Shown here: positions 24,512 to 30,471 of the stretch, piece after piece
Numbering within the stretch: the first letter of the stretch is position 1
How the letters are laid out: the number at the start of each line of letters is the position of its first letter
Assembly: GCA_041177485.1 (NCBI GenBank)
Contig: JBEDBC010000029.1
Location: 1-37,764, forward strand
Direction of reading: 5' to 3'
Origin: Candidatus Parcubacteria bacterium
GTDB taxonomy: Bacteria > Patescibacteriota > Minisyncoccia > SW-4-49-11
Length of the DNA stretch: 37,764 nucleotides
The notes under the pieces: model-generated
What the model saw: the letters and a program-made list of their open reading frames with translations, nothing else
Database searches by the model: none
Told to the model about the DNA's origin: nothing
Translations under genes and position numbers: made by a program

Positions 24512-24520
24512 ATATTAACA
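24512..24520 (-). promoter_or_regulatory. extended -10 element (TGtTAATAT) abutting the start codon
   Basis: Minus strand reads TGT (24520..24518) then TAATAT (24517..24512). 5 nt separate it from ATG 24506. Confidence 0.45.
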
Positions 24521-24569
24521 AAGATCAATATAATCTAATCATAAATTTACATTACTTGCAAATCTAAAT

Positions 24570-24602
24570 AAAAATCCTCCCAAACCATGACCTGGCGGGA
24601 GG
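24570..24602 (-). terminator. terminator of small gene 24622..24867
   Basis: CCTCCC-N15-GGGAGG hairpin followed on the minus strand by ATTTTTAT. Confidence 0.55.
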
Positions 24603-24621
24603 AAGTTGAAGAGATTGAGAA

Positions 24622-24867
24622 TTATGACAAAGTACCTATCAACCTCTTTTGTGATTCAAGTACCGGAAGTGGATATCTCCTATCCGATAGATTTTCCTTA
24701 TACTGAGTGATGTTAGGCTGATGATGTTGTAACAATTTTAGCAAAGTACTTAATTCGTTTTTATCTTGCTGCCTAAGTCCTTCTTCTTCCAATCTTTGTG
24801 GAATAATATTTAAAAGATTTAAGAGTCTATCAGAATCAAAGAAAATCCTTTTTACCGTCTGAGCCAT
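24622..24867 (-). CDS. orphan small protein (81 aa)
   Basis: I trimmed the ORF from its TTG start to ATG 24867 (MAQTVKRIFF...). AAGG lies about 9 nt upstream. It has its own TTGCCA-17-TATAAA promoter. Confidence 0.45.
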   Translation of the reverse strand: MAQTVKRIFFDSDRLLNLLNIIPQRLEEEGLRQQDKNELSTLLKLLQHHQPNITQYKENLSDRRYPLPVLESQKRLIGTLS

Positions 24868-24895
24868 TAGATGTACCTTGATTTGGGACAAATAA

Positions 24896-24924
24896 TTTAT
24901 ACCCTAAAATTAAATTTTTGGCAA
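24896..24924 (-). promoter_or_regulatory. sigma70 promoter
   Basis: Minus strand reads TTGCCA (24924..24919), a 17-nt spacer, then TATAAA (24901..24896). Confidence 0.55.
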
Positions 24925-24953
24925 GTGTTGGTGGGATAAGTTTACATTTGTAT

Positions 24954-25298
24954 TTCGTAGGGGCGACCTTACAGTCGCCTGTAAGTCCTCCTCAGCCGTC
25001 GCAAATAGGATTTGCTCCTATGAAACCTCACGGTTTCCCAACCTTCCTCCACGGGAAAACTACCGTTTTTCCGACCCCTTTCCCGTGACACCCACCTCCT
25101 AAATAAATATAGGAGGAACTTAAAGTCGCCCCAAGGGAGGACAAAATAACTGTCCCTCGCTGGCGAGGGTGGCACGGAGTGCCGGGTGTGGACTGAGTTT
25201 TTAATTCATAATTTCAAATTATTCCACCCCGTCAAGAAAATAGTAATCCACCCCCCCCTTCGGGGACTCCCTCCAAAGGGAGAAAATAAACCTCAAAC
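24954..25298. repeat. composite GC-rich hairpin-dense repeat block, copy R3
   Basis: - Starts with TTCGTAGGGGCGACC, the same 5' module as R1 and R4.
- Contains module GGAGGACAAAATAACTGTCCCTCGCTGGCGAGGGTG (25136..25171), which is the reverse complement (34/36) of 27241..27276.
- Contains a 33-nt exact direct copy of 27322..27354 at 25202..25234.
- Carries many short GC hairpins. Confidence 0.85.
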
Positions 25299-26069
25299 CT
25301 ACTTTTCGTTTCCAAAGTAGTACAATCTATACCCCCACATCCAATATCCCACTCCAGCCAATACCAGCCACCAAAACCCAAGCCAAGCTGAGATCCCAAT
25401 CCAAAAGCTCAAGCTCCAGAAACCAGACAAACTAAGCCAATAACTAATATTATTAGCTATTTGTTTGTGATTTAGGAATAGAAGATAAAATCCAGCAAAG
25501 GAGATAATACTAGTCACCATCCAACCAAAGAAATTCATCAAAGGCACTCCATAATACCAACCCTGAATTTCCCACACCCAAAAACCTAAAGCCGTGGCCC
25601 CTGGATCAAGAATCAAATCAAAAGTCGTCATCAAAATAGCTCCAATGATAGTGTTGAGCCAAACTTTCTTGATTTGTAGCCTACTCACCAATACCAAACT
25701 AAAGAAAAAAATTGGCACCCAAGATAAACTCACTGTCCAAGGTACTAACCCGAAGACTTTAAGATTGCCAAGCACCTCACCATATACAAAATTACTATAT
25801 GGCCAACCGGTAGCGATAGCAAAAGATTCTATCAGAAGTGGATAGCTGAATATAATTAGTATTTTCCACCAATCTTGCCTCAAATCAAACCACTTAGATA
25901 GTCCGTATAATATGGGAAAAGCAATCAAAACATTAGTCACCTGCGAGATGGCTTGGAATATCCAAAAAGGAAAAGGTAAGGCTTCTGGCCTCAAACTAAA
26001 ATATACTACAAAGAATCCACTCAGGATTAAGATAATGGCTGGAATAATTAGTAATAATTTTTTCTGCAT
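25299..26069 (-). CDS. cruF: CruF-family carotenoid 1,2-hydratase-like membrane protein (DUF422 / 'carotenoid biosynthesis protein')
   Basis: 256 aa with about 7 TM helices. Motifs LILDPGATALGFWVWE and YYGVPLMNFFGWM match my recollection of the PF04240/CruF family. Adjacent to a lyeJ-like prenyltransferase and a CrtI-family desaturase. Confidence 0.7.
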   Translation of the reverse strand: MQKKLLLIIPAIILILSGFFVVYFSLRPEALPFPFWIFQAISQVTNVLIAFPILYGLSKWFDLRQDWWKILIIFSYPLLIESFAIATGWPYSNFVYGEVLGNLKVFGLVPWTVSLSWVPIFFFSLVLVSRLQIKKVWLNTIIGAILMTTFDLILDPGATALGFWVWEIQGWYYGVPLMNFFGWMVTSIISFAGFYLLFLNHKQIANNISYWLSLSGFWSLSFWIGISAWLGFWWLVLAGVGYWMWGYRLYYFGNEK

Positions 26070-26103
26070 ATATGATATACTTAGATTATATAATTATATC
26101 ACA

Positions 26104-26943
26104 ATGAGTATTGCTAAACTATTACAAATTTCCAGACCCAGATTTTGGATTTATCTCTTGGGGCCTTATTTGATTGGGAGTATTCTTGGCTTTGACCCGA
26201 TGCAAATTATCTGGCAATGGCAATTTTGGCTTGGATTTGTATATTTTAACCTACCTGCTAATCTTTTGATTTATGGAGTCAATGATATTTTTGATTATGA
26301 GACTGACAAACTCAATCCAAAAAAACAAAATTATGAAGCCCTAGTCACTCCGGCTGAGCATATTTCTCTTTGGACTTGGATTATACTTACTAATATTCCT
26401 TTTATTCTAGCTATATATTTGCTAAACCCTTTGACTTTATTTGGTTGGCTTGGATTTATTATCTTGGGGGTGCAATATTCAGCTTGGCCAATTCGGGCTA
26501 AGGCGAAGCCATTTTTGGATTCTATTTTTAATATTTTATATATTTTTCCTGGAGTAATTGGATATACTCTCTTAGCTAATAAACTCAATCTAGACTGGAA
26601 ATTATTATTAAGTGCTGGATTATGGACTATGGCTATGCATACTTATTCAGCTATCCCAGATATTGAGGCTGATAGGGCGAGCCATACCACCACTATTGCA
26701 ACTGTACTGGGAGCTAAGTTGACCTTGGTGTATTGTTTTATCTGCTATACTCTAGCTGGAATTTTGTTAGCTCAATTTAGCACCCCACTTGGGATTATAA
26801 TTGCTATTGTATATGGATTTATGATTGGCTTTAGTTGGTCTCAAAATACCGCTAAAATATTCAGATTATACACCTATTTCCCAGCCTTAAACACAGTAAT
26901 TGGCTTGCTTTTATTCTGGAGCATAGTGATTTGGTATAGGTAG
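26104..26943 (+). CDS. lyeJ: UbiA-family prenyltransferase, lycopene elongase/hydratase (LyeJ)-like
   Basis: I trimmed the track ORF 25912.. to ATG 26104. 279 aa. SRPRFWIYLLGPYL, LPANLLIYGVNDIFDYETDKLNPKK (Asp-rich motif), YSAWPIRAKAKPFLDS and MHTYSAIPDIEADR match motifs I recall from haloarchaeal lycopene elongase. Confidence 0.7.
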   Translation: MSIAKLLQISRPRFWIYLLGPYLIGSILGFDPMQIIWQWQFWLGFVYFNLPANLLIYGVNDIFDYETDKLNPKKQNYEALVTPAEHISLWTWIILTNIPFILAIYLLNPLTLFGWLGFIILGVQYSAWPIRAKAKPFLDSIFNILYIFPGVIGYTLLANKLNLDWKLLLSAGLWTMAMHTYSAIPDIEADRASHTTTIATVLGAKLTLVYCFICYTLAGILLAQFSTPLGIIIAIVYGFMIGFSWSQNTAKIFRLYTYFPALNTVIGLLLFWSIVIWYR

Positions 26944-27015
26944 TTTATTATGTTATAAATCTCTTTTAGGGCTTTTAGTCCCTCCTATTATTTCTTTTAA
27001 AGAGATATTAGGAGG

Positions 27016-27392
27016 GGGGGCGATCTTTGTTCTAAAAATTCCCCTCTTGAGGGGTGGATTCATGCTATGTTTATATAGAAGGGAGACGGGGTGGAGTGTT
27101 TTAAATCTATTTATAAATACTCCACCCCGTCAGGCAAGCCTGACCACCCCTCAAGAGGGGAATTTAGCTCAGTCCCTAAACTAGACAGAGTAGACTTTGA
27201 TATATATATTTTGCCTATCCACACCCGTCGACTTCGTCTACACCCTCGCCAGCGAGGGACAGTTTTATTGTCCTCCTTTGGAGGAGGTGGCACCTTAGGT
27301 GACGGAGGAGGACAAAATATATAATTCATAATTTCAAATTATTCCACCCCGTCAGGCAAGCCTGCCACCCCTCAAGAGGGGAATTTAGCTCA
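27016..27392. repeat. GC-rich nested-palindrome repeat, copy R2 (full unit 27016..27175) plus extension modules and a half unit (27341..27392)
   Basis: A arm at 27037..27057, B at 27085..27097, B' at 27121..27131, A' at 27145..27165. These are followed by module CACCCTCGCCAGCGAGGGACAGTTTTATTGTCCTCC (27241..27276), the TTGTCCTCC...GGAGGACAA inverted repeat, and a second B'-A' half ending 3 nt from the crtI-family stop codon. Confidence 0.9.
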
Positions 27393-27394
27393 AT

Positions 27395-28897
27395 CTAACT
27401 CTCTCCTCTCAGTGGGCTGTCTTGTTTGATTTTAGCTATTCTTTTATAGACCATCTCAGCACTAATTAGTTGGATGGGTACTCCAATTCCTGGATTGGTT
27501 CCTGCTCCGACATAGTATAGATTTTTGACTTTTTTGGAATAATTATTAGGTCTAAATATTGCAGTTTGATTAATAGTATGAGCAAGCCCAAGAGCTGTAC
27601 CCTGATAGGCATTATAATCTTGCTTAAAGTCTTTGACACTATATAGTCTTTTATAAATAATTCTCTGTTGCAAGTTTGGGATATTCATCTCCTCTTGCAT
27701 AATGGTAAGCACCTTATCAGCATAGGCTTCTAATTGCTCCTCGGTATACTCGAGTCCAGCTGCAATCGGAACAAGTACAAATAAATTCTCATCAGTAGCT
27801 GGAGCAACACTAGGGTCGGTCTTGGATGGAGCACAGACATATAGAGACGGGTCTTCCGGCCACATTGGATCATCAAAAATTTGCTTGAAGTTTGTCCTCC
27901 AATCCTGAGAGAATAAGAGGTTATGATGTACTAGGCTATCCACTTTACCTTTGATTCCTAGATACATAATAAGTGCTGAAGGGGCTAGAACTTTTTTATC
28001 CCAATATTTCTCATCATATTGGCGATACTGGGATGGTAGCAGATTTAATTCGGTATGAGTCATATCGGCATTAGATACCACGATATCTGCTTTTACAATT
28101 TCTCTAGACTCAAGCTCTACACCTATCGCCTTACCATTTTTTACAATAATTTGTCTCGCTCCATTGCCACTGACCAAATTTACTCCATTTTTCTTGGCGA
28201 TATTGACCAGAGCTTCAGTAATTGTATACATACCACCTTGTGGGTAAAAAACACCCATATTAAAGTCAATATGATTCATAATACTATATAGAGCTGGAGT
28301 ATTATATGGAGAGCTACCCAGGAAAACTAGAGGGTATTGGAGAATTTTTTTGACTAAGTCATTTTTGAAATATTTGCTCACATAGGCATCCATATTACTA
28401 AAGACAGATAATTTGGAGCCTTCTATCATAGTTCTGAAGTTTATAAAGTCAAAGATAGAGTCATAATTTTTATACATAAATCCATCTTTGGCAATTTCAT
28501 ATTGCTGGCGGGCTTTATCTAAATATTCCCTGAGTCTGTCTCCAGCGCCTGGCTCTAAATCTTCCAAAACTGGGATATCTCGCTCTAGATCGGAGAACAT
28601 ATCGATAATTTTGTTATCATCTTTGAAAAATATCCGATAAGATGGCTCCAAGCGAATCAAGTCCAAGTGATCCTCTACCTTCTCCCCCATAAATTCAAAA
28701 AAATTCTCGAATACATCAGGCATCAGATACCAAGATGGCCCCATATCAAACTTGAATCCCTCAACCTCAAAGATATTAGCTCGTCCTCCTAAATTAGAGT
28801 TTTTCTCATATAGACTAACTTCATATCCTTTTTTGGCTAAGATACAAGCAGTGGCTAGCCCCCCAATTCCCCCACCGATAATAATTACTTTTTGCAT
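27395..28897 (-). CDS. crtI: phytoene desaturase-family FAD oxidoreductase (CrtI/CrtD type; by context possibly a carotenoid 3,4-desaturase)
   Basis: 500 aa. N-terminal FAD fold VIIIGGGIGGLATA...YEKNSNLGGR, FDMGPSWYLMPDVFE, and C-terminal YYVGAGTNPGIGVP are typical of the CrtI family. Confidence 0.85.
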   Translation of the reverse strand: MQKVIIIGGGIGGLATACILAKKGYEVSLYEKNSNLGGRANIFEVEGFKFDMGPSWYLMPDVFENFFEFMGEKVEDHLDLIRLEPSYRIFFKDDNKIIDMFSDLERDIPVLEDLEPGAGDRLREYLDKARQQYEIAKDGFMYKNYDSIFDFINFRTMIEGSKLSVFSNMDAYVSKYFKNDLVKKILQYPLVFLGSSPYNTPALYSIMNHIDFNMGVFYPQGGMYTITEALVNIAKKNGVNLVSGNGARQIIVKNGKAIGVELESREIVKADIVVSNADMTHTELNLLPSQYRQYDEKYWDKKVLAPSALIMYLGIKGKVDSLVHHNLLFSQDWRTNFKQIFDDPMWPEDPSLYVCAPSKTDPSVAPATDENLFVLVPIAAGLEYTEEQLEAYADKVLTIMQEEMNIPNLQQRIIYKRLYSVKDFKQDYNAYQGTALGLAHTINQTAIFRPNNYSKKVKNLYYVGAGTNPGIGVPIQLISAEMVYKRIAKIKQDSPLRGES

Positions 28898-28927
28898 ATT
28901 TGAAACAATTTAACTTAATTTACGTAT

Positions 28928-28936
28928 ATTATAACA
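28928..28936 (-). promoter_or_regulatory. extended -10 promoter element of the crtI-family gene
   Basis: Minus strand reads TGTTATAAT (28936..28928), about 30 nt upstream of ATG 28897. Confidence 0.5.
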
Positions 28937-28956
28937 TAAATTTAAGAGTAAAACTA

Positions 28957-28965
28957 TGCTATAAT
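28957..28965 (+). promoter_or_regulatory. extended -10 promoter element of the small membrane-protein gene
   Basis: TGcTATAAT (28957..28965). A GGAG lies just upstream of the ATG pair at 28985/28991. Confidence 0.5.
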
Positions 28966-28990
28966 ATATTTATCCTTTCTGGAGATGTTT

Positions 28991-29179
28991 ATGGATTGGA
29001 AGATTTTGCTAGGAGCTTCAATTATCTTGTTTATATCTACTGGAATAAGTTTCAGAGCACATCTACATACCCCTCTGAAAAGAAGAACTGAAGGAGGCTT
29101 TCAACCTTTTACTTTTTTTCTTCTATTAGCTTCGGGGGCCTTAATCGCCTCAATCTTGTTCTTTTTTTTTGATAATTAG
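28991..29179 (+). CDS. small two-TM membrane protein (62 aa; an alternative start at 28985 gives 64 aa)
   Basis: MDWKILLGASIILFISTGISF...FFLLLASGALIASILFFFF gives two hydrophobic helices. It has its own extended -10 promoter and a strong terminator, and is divergent from the crtI-family gene. Confidence 0.5.
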   Translation: MDWKILLGASIILFISTGISFRAHLHTPLKRRTEGGFQPFTFFLLLASGALIASILFFFFDN

Positions 29180-29202
29180 ATATCTTATCATCGCACACTA
29201 AA

Positions 29203-29238
29203 AGCCTCGGGGGACATCATCCACGAGGCTTGTTTTTT
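29203..29238 (+). terminator. rho-independent terminator
   Basis: AGCCTCG-N14-CGAGGCT stem followed by TGTTTTTT. Confidence 0.65.
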
Positions 29239-29285
29239 CATAAACAAAAAGATTTGGTTATATACATATAGTTAATAGCTTGCAT

Positions 29286-29315
29286 TTGCATAATTAGCTA
29301 ACTTTATGGTATATA
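29286..29315 (+). promoter_or_regulatory. sigma70 promoter with extended -10
   Basis: TTGCAT (29286..29291), 18-nt spacer, TGgTATATA (-10 at 29310..29315). Confidence 0.55.
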
Positions 29316-29343
29316 TAAAAAGCCTTTGTTTTCACTAAGTACA

Positions 29344-29499
29344 ATGAGTGATCAAACCTTCCAAAGAGCTAAGTACAAGATTGCAATTCATAAGAGTATA
29401 GGGAAATCTTGGCATACTGTATTCTCTACGATGGATGAGGCTGCTCAATCTTGGTTGGATTACCAAACACAAAAAAGCCCAACATCTATTGAAGAATGA
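29344..29499 (+). CDS. 51-aa small protein (unannotated; replaces antisense track ORF 29335..29541)
   Basis: Own translation: MSDQTFQRAKYKIAIHKSIGKSWHTVFSTMDEAAQSWLDYQTQKSPTSIEE. It has a plus-strand promoter upstream and a plus-strand terminator downstream. The sequence has the flavour of small beta-beta-alpha proteins, but this is not a confident family call. Confidence 0.5.
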   Translation: MSDQTFQRAKYKIAIHKSIGKSWHTVFSTMDEAAQSWLDYQTQKSPTSIEE

Positions 29500-29582
29500 T
29501 TCAATACAGTAAACCCAGGGGCATTTCCCTATGTATCTCACCCTATGAGATTATAGAAATTATGTGCCTAATTCAAAATATA

Positions 29583-29609
29583 TGAGATAGCTAGATCTAT
29601 CTCATTTTT
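29583..29609 (+). terminator. rho-independent terminator
   Basis: TGAGATAG-ctagat-CTATCTCA, a perfect 8-bp stem, followed by TTTTT. Confidence 0.65.
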
Positions 29610-29613
29610 ATAT

Positions 29614-29640
29614 AAAAGCACCCCGTACAGAGTACAGGGG
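29614..29640 (-). terminator. terminator of the 30099-to-29672 two-gene unit
   Basis: CCCCGTAC / GTAC(A)GGGG bulged stem followed on the minus strand by TGCTTTTATA. Confidence 0.5.
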
Positions 29641-29671
29641 GAATAAGGAATAAGGAATTATGAATTTAGGT

Positions 29672-29917
29672 TCAACGAAATTTAGAACGGATTGTTCGCA
29701 TCTTGCGTAGTAATACATACCACACACTAATTCGAAATCCATTAAGCTCTAATATTGCTATTTTATAATTGTTCTCCAGATTTAAAAAGTATCGATCAAA
29801 CTTGTCTGGATCTTCAGAATATAATCTATCCAAACTTAACAATCTACAATCCTCAATTTGTGACTTCAGATATCTAAACAGTTGTCTAATTTTGACAAAG
29901 TTAGATTGTGATTTCAT
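29672..29917 (-). CDS. orphan small protein (81 aa)
   Basis: ORF coupled by an ATGA overlap to the upstream small TM-protein gene. No family recognised. Confidence 0.45.
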   Translation of the reverse strand: MKSQSNFVKIRQLFRYLKSQIEDCRLLSLDRLYSEDPDKFDRYFLNLENNYKIAILELNGFRISVWYVLLRKMRTIRSKFR

Positions 29918-30099
29918 GTTAAAATTCTAACAATTGAGGAATTTTTATTGTCGTTTTTATCTTGTTGCCAAGCTAAAAGAGCTATACCAAGTCCTGACAC
30001 TAGTAAGAGCATTAATACACTAGCACATGCACCAATGAAACTGATTCTAGATTGTGGTTGAGGTTGATTCGACATAACAAGATAAATGTCGAGGTACAT
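29914..30099 (-). CDS. orphan small single-TM protein (61 aa; an alternative start at Met9, position 30075)
   Basis: Hydrophobic helix ISFIGACASVLMLLLVSGLGIALLAW. The promoter's -10 box ends only 4 nt before ATG 30099, so the internal start may be the one used. Confidence 0.45.
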   Translation of the reverse strand: MYLDIYLVMSNQPQPQSRISFIGACASVLMLLLVSGLGIALLAWQQDKNDNKNSSIVRILT

Positions 30100-30103
30100 A
30101 TTT

Positions 30104-30132
30104 TATATAACATATCTCTAAAAATAAGACAA
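30104..30132 (-). promoter_or_regulatory. sigma70 promoter with extended -10
   Basis: Minus strand reads TTGTCT (30132..30127), a 17-nt spacer, then TGtTATATA (-10 at 30109..30104). Confidence 0.6.
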
Positions 30133-30138
30133 GTAATT

Positions 30139-30166
30139 AAAAATCTGGCAACAGTGTGTGCCAGAT
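30139..30166 (-). terminator. rho-independent terminator
   Basis: ATCTGGCA-N8-TGCCAGAT, a perfect 8-bp stem, followed on the minus strand by TTTTT. Confidence 0.65.
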
Positions 30167-30176
30167 TTTAAAGTTA

Positions 30177-30359
30177 TTATTGACCAGACATAATATCTGG
30201 TGGATTATTTAGATGCAAAAGTTGGCTTCTCTCATTTTCTGCTCTTCTTCTATCCTTTTGTATTTGCATGATTCCACGCGTAATAACTCTACTCACAGTT
30301 GGATCCTGGAGAAATTTTTTAAACATAGTCCCAAAATCTGATGCTGGGTACTCCACCAT
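30177..30359 (-). CDS. orphan small protein (60 aa)
   Basis: I trimmed the track ORF from its GTG start at 30386 to ATG 30359 (MVEYPASDF...). AAGAGG lies 6 nt upstream. A TTGACA-16-TGaTAATAT promoter lies upstream. Confidence 0.5.
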   Translation of the reverse strand: MVEYPASDFGTMFKKFLQDPTVSRVITRGIMQIQKDRRRAENERSQLLHLNNPPDIMSGQ

Positions 30360-30387
30360 AAGACCTCTTAGAAGATAGGCAAACACA

Positions 30388-30415
30388 ATATTATCACAAC
30401 CATAAAATTTGTCAA
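30388..30415 (-). promoter_or_regulatory. sigma70 promoter with extended -10
   Basis: Minus strand reads TTGACA (30415..30410), a 16-nt spacer, then TGaTAATAT (-10 at 30393..30388). Confidence 0.65.
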
Positions 30416-30425
30416 GAGTATATAT

Positions 30426-30453
30426 GAAACCCCCCGCAGTTTACCTACGGGGG
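30426..30453 (-). terminator. candidate terminator
   Basis: CCCCCG-N11-CGGGGG stem followed on the minus strand by a weak T-run (TTTCAT). Confidence 0.4.
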
Positions 30454-30471
30454 CGATAAAAACACAAGACA

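Noticed and set aside
24969-25175. 68-aa minus-strand ORF (R/S/P-rich).
   Set aside because: It lies inside the hairpin-dense repeat block R3. It has a low-complexity, arginine-rich composition typical of random frames in GC-rich DNA. It has no promoter or RBS.
24954-25298. Possible RNase P RNA. The length is right at about 345 nt, and strings such as ACAGTCGCC, GGAGGAACTTAAAGTCGCC and ACTGTCC vaguely recall E. coli M1 RNA.
   Set aside because: The universally conserved blocks (GGAAAGUCCGGGC, GGUAAGAGC, ACAGAANCCGGCUUA) are absent. The order of the look-alike strings does not fit the P2-P3-P4 layout. The same modules recur at 27.2 kb and 31.3 kb, so this is repeat material, not a single-copy ribozyme gene.
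25912-26103. 64-codon N-terminal extension of the UbiA prenyltransferase ORF.
   Set aside because: It runs antisense through the 5' end of cruF. Homology-like sequence (SRPRFW...) begins right after ATG 26104, which also has a TATAAT 9 nt upstream.
27091-27329. Overlapping 77-aa (plus) and 72-aa (minus) ORFs.
   Set aside because: Both are carved out of repeat R2 and its extension. Mutually antisense ORFs over palindromic repeats are artefacts.
28900-29091. 63-aa plus-strand ORF.
   Set aside because: It starts inside the divergent promoter region. It has an extremely AT-biased N/Y/I-rich composition. It overlaps out of frame the better-supported two-TM protein gene (28991..29179), which has an extended -10, a GGAG and a terminator.
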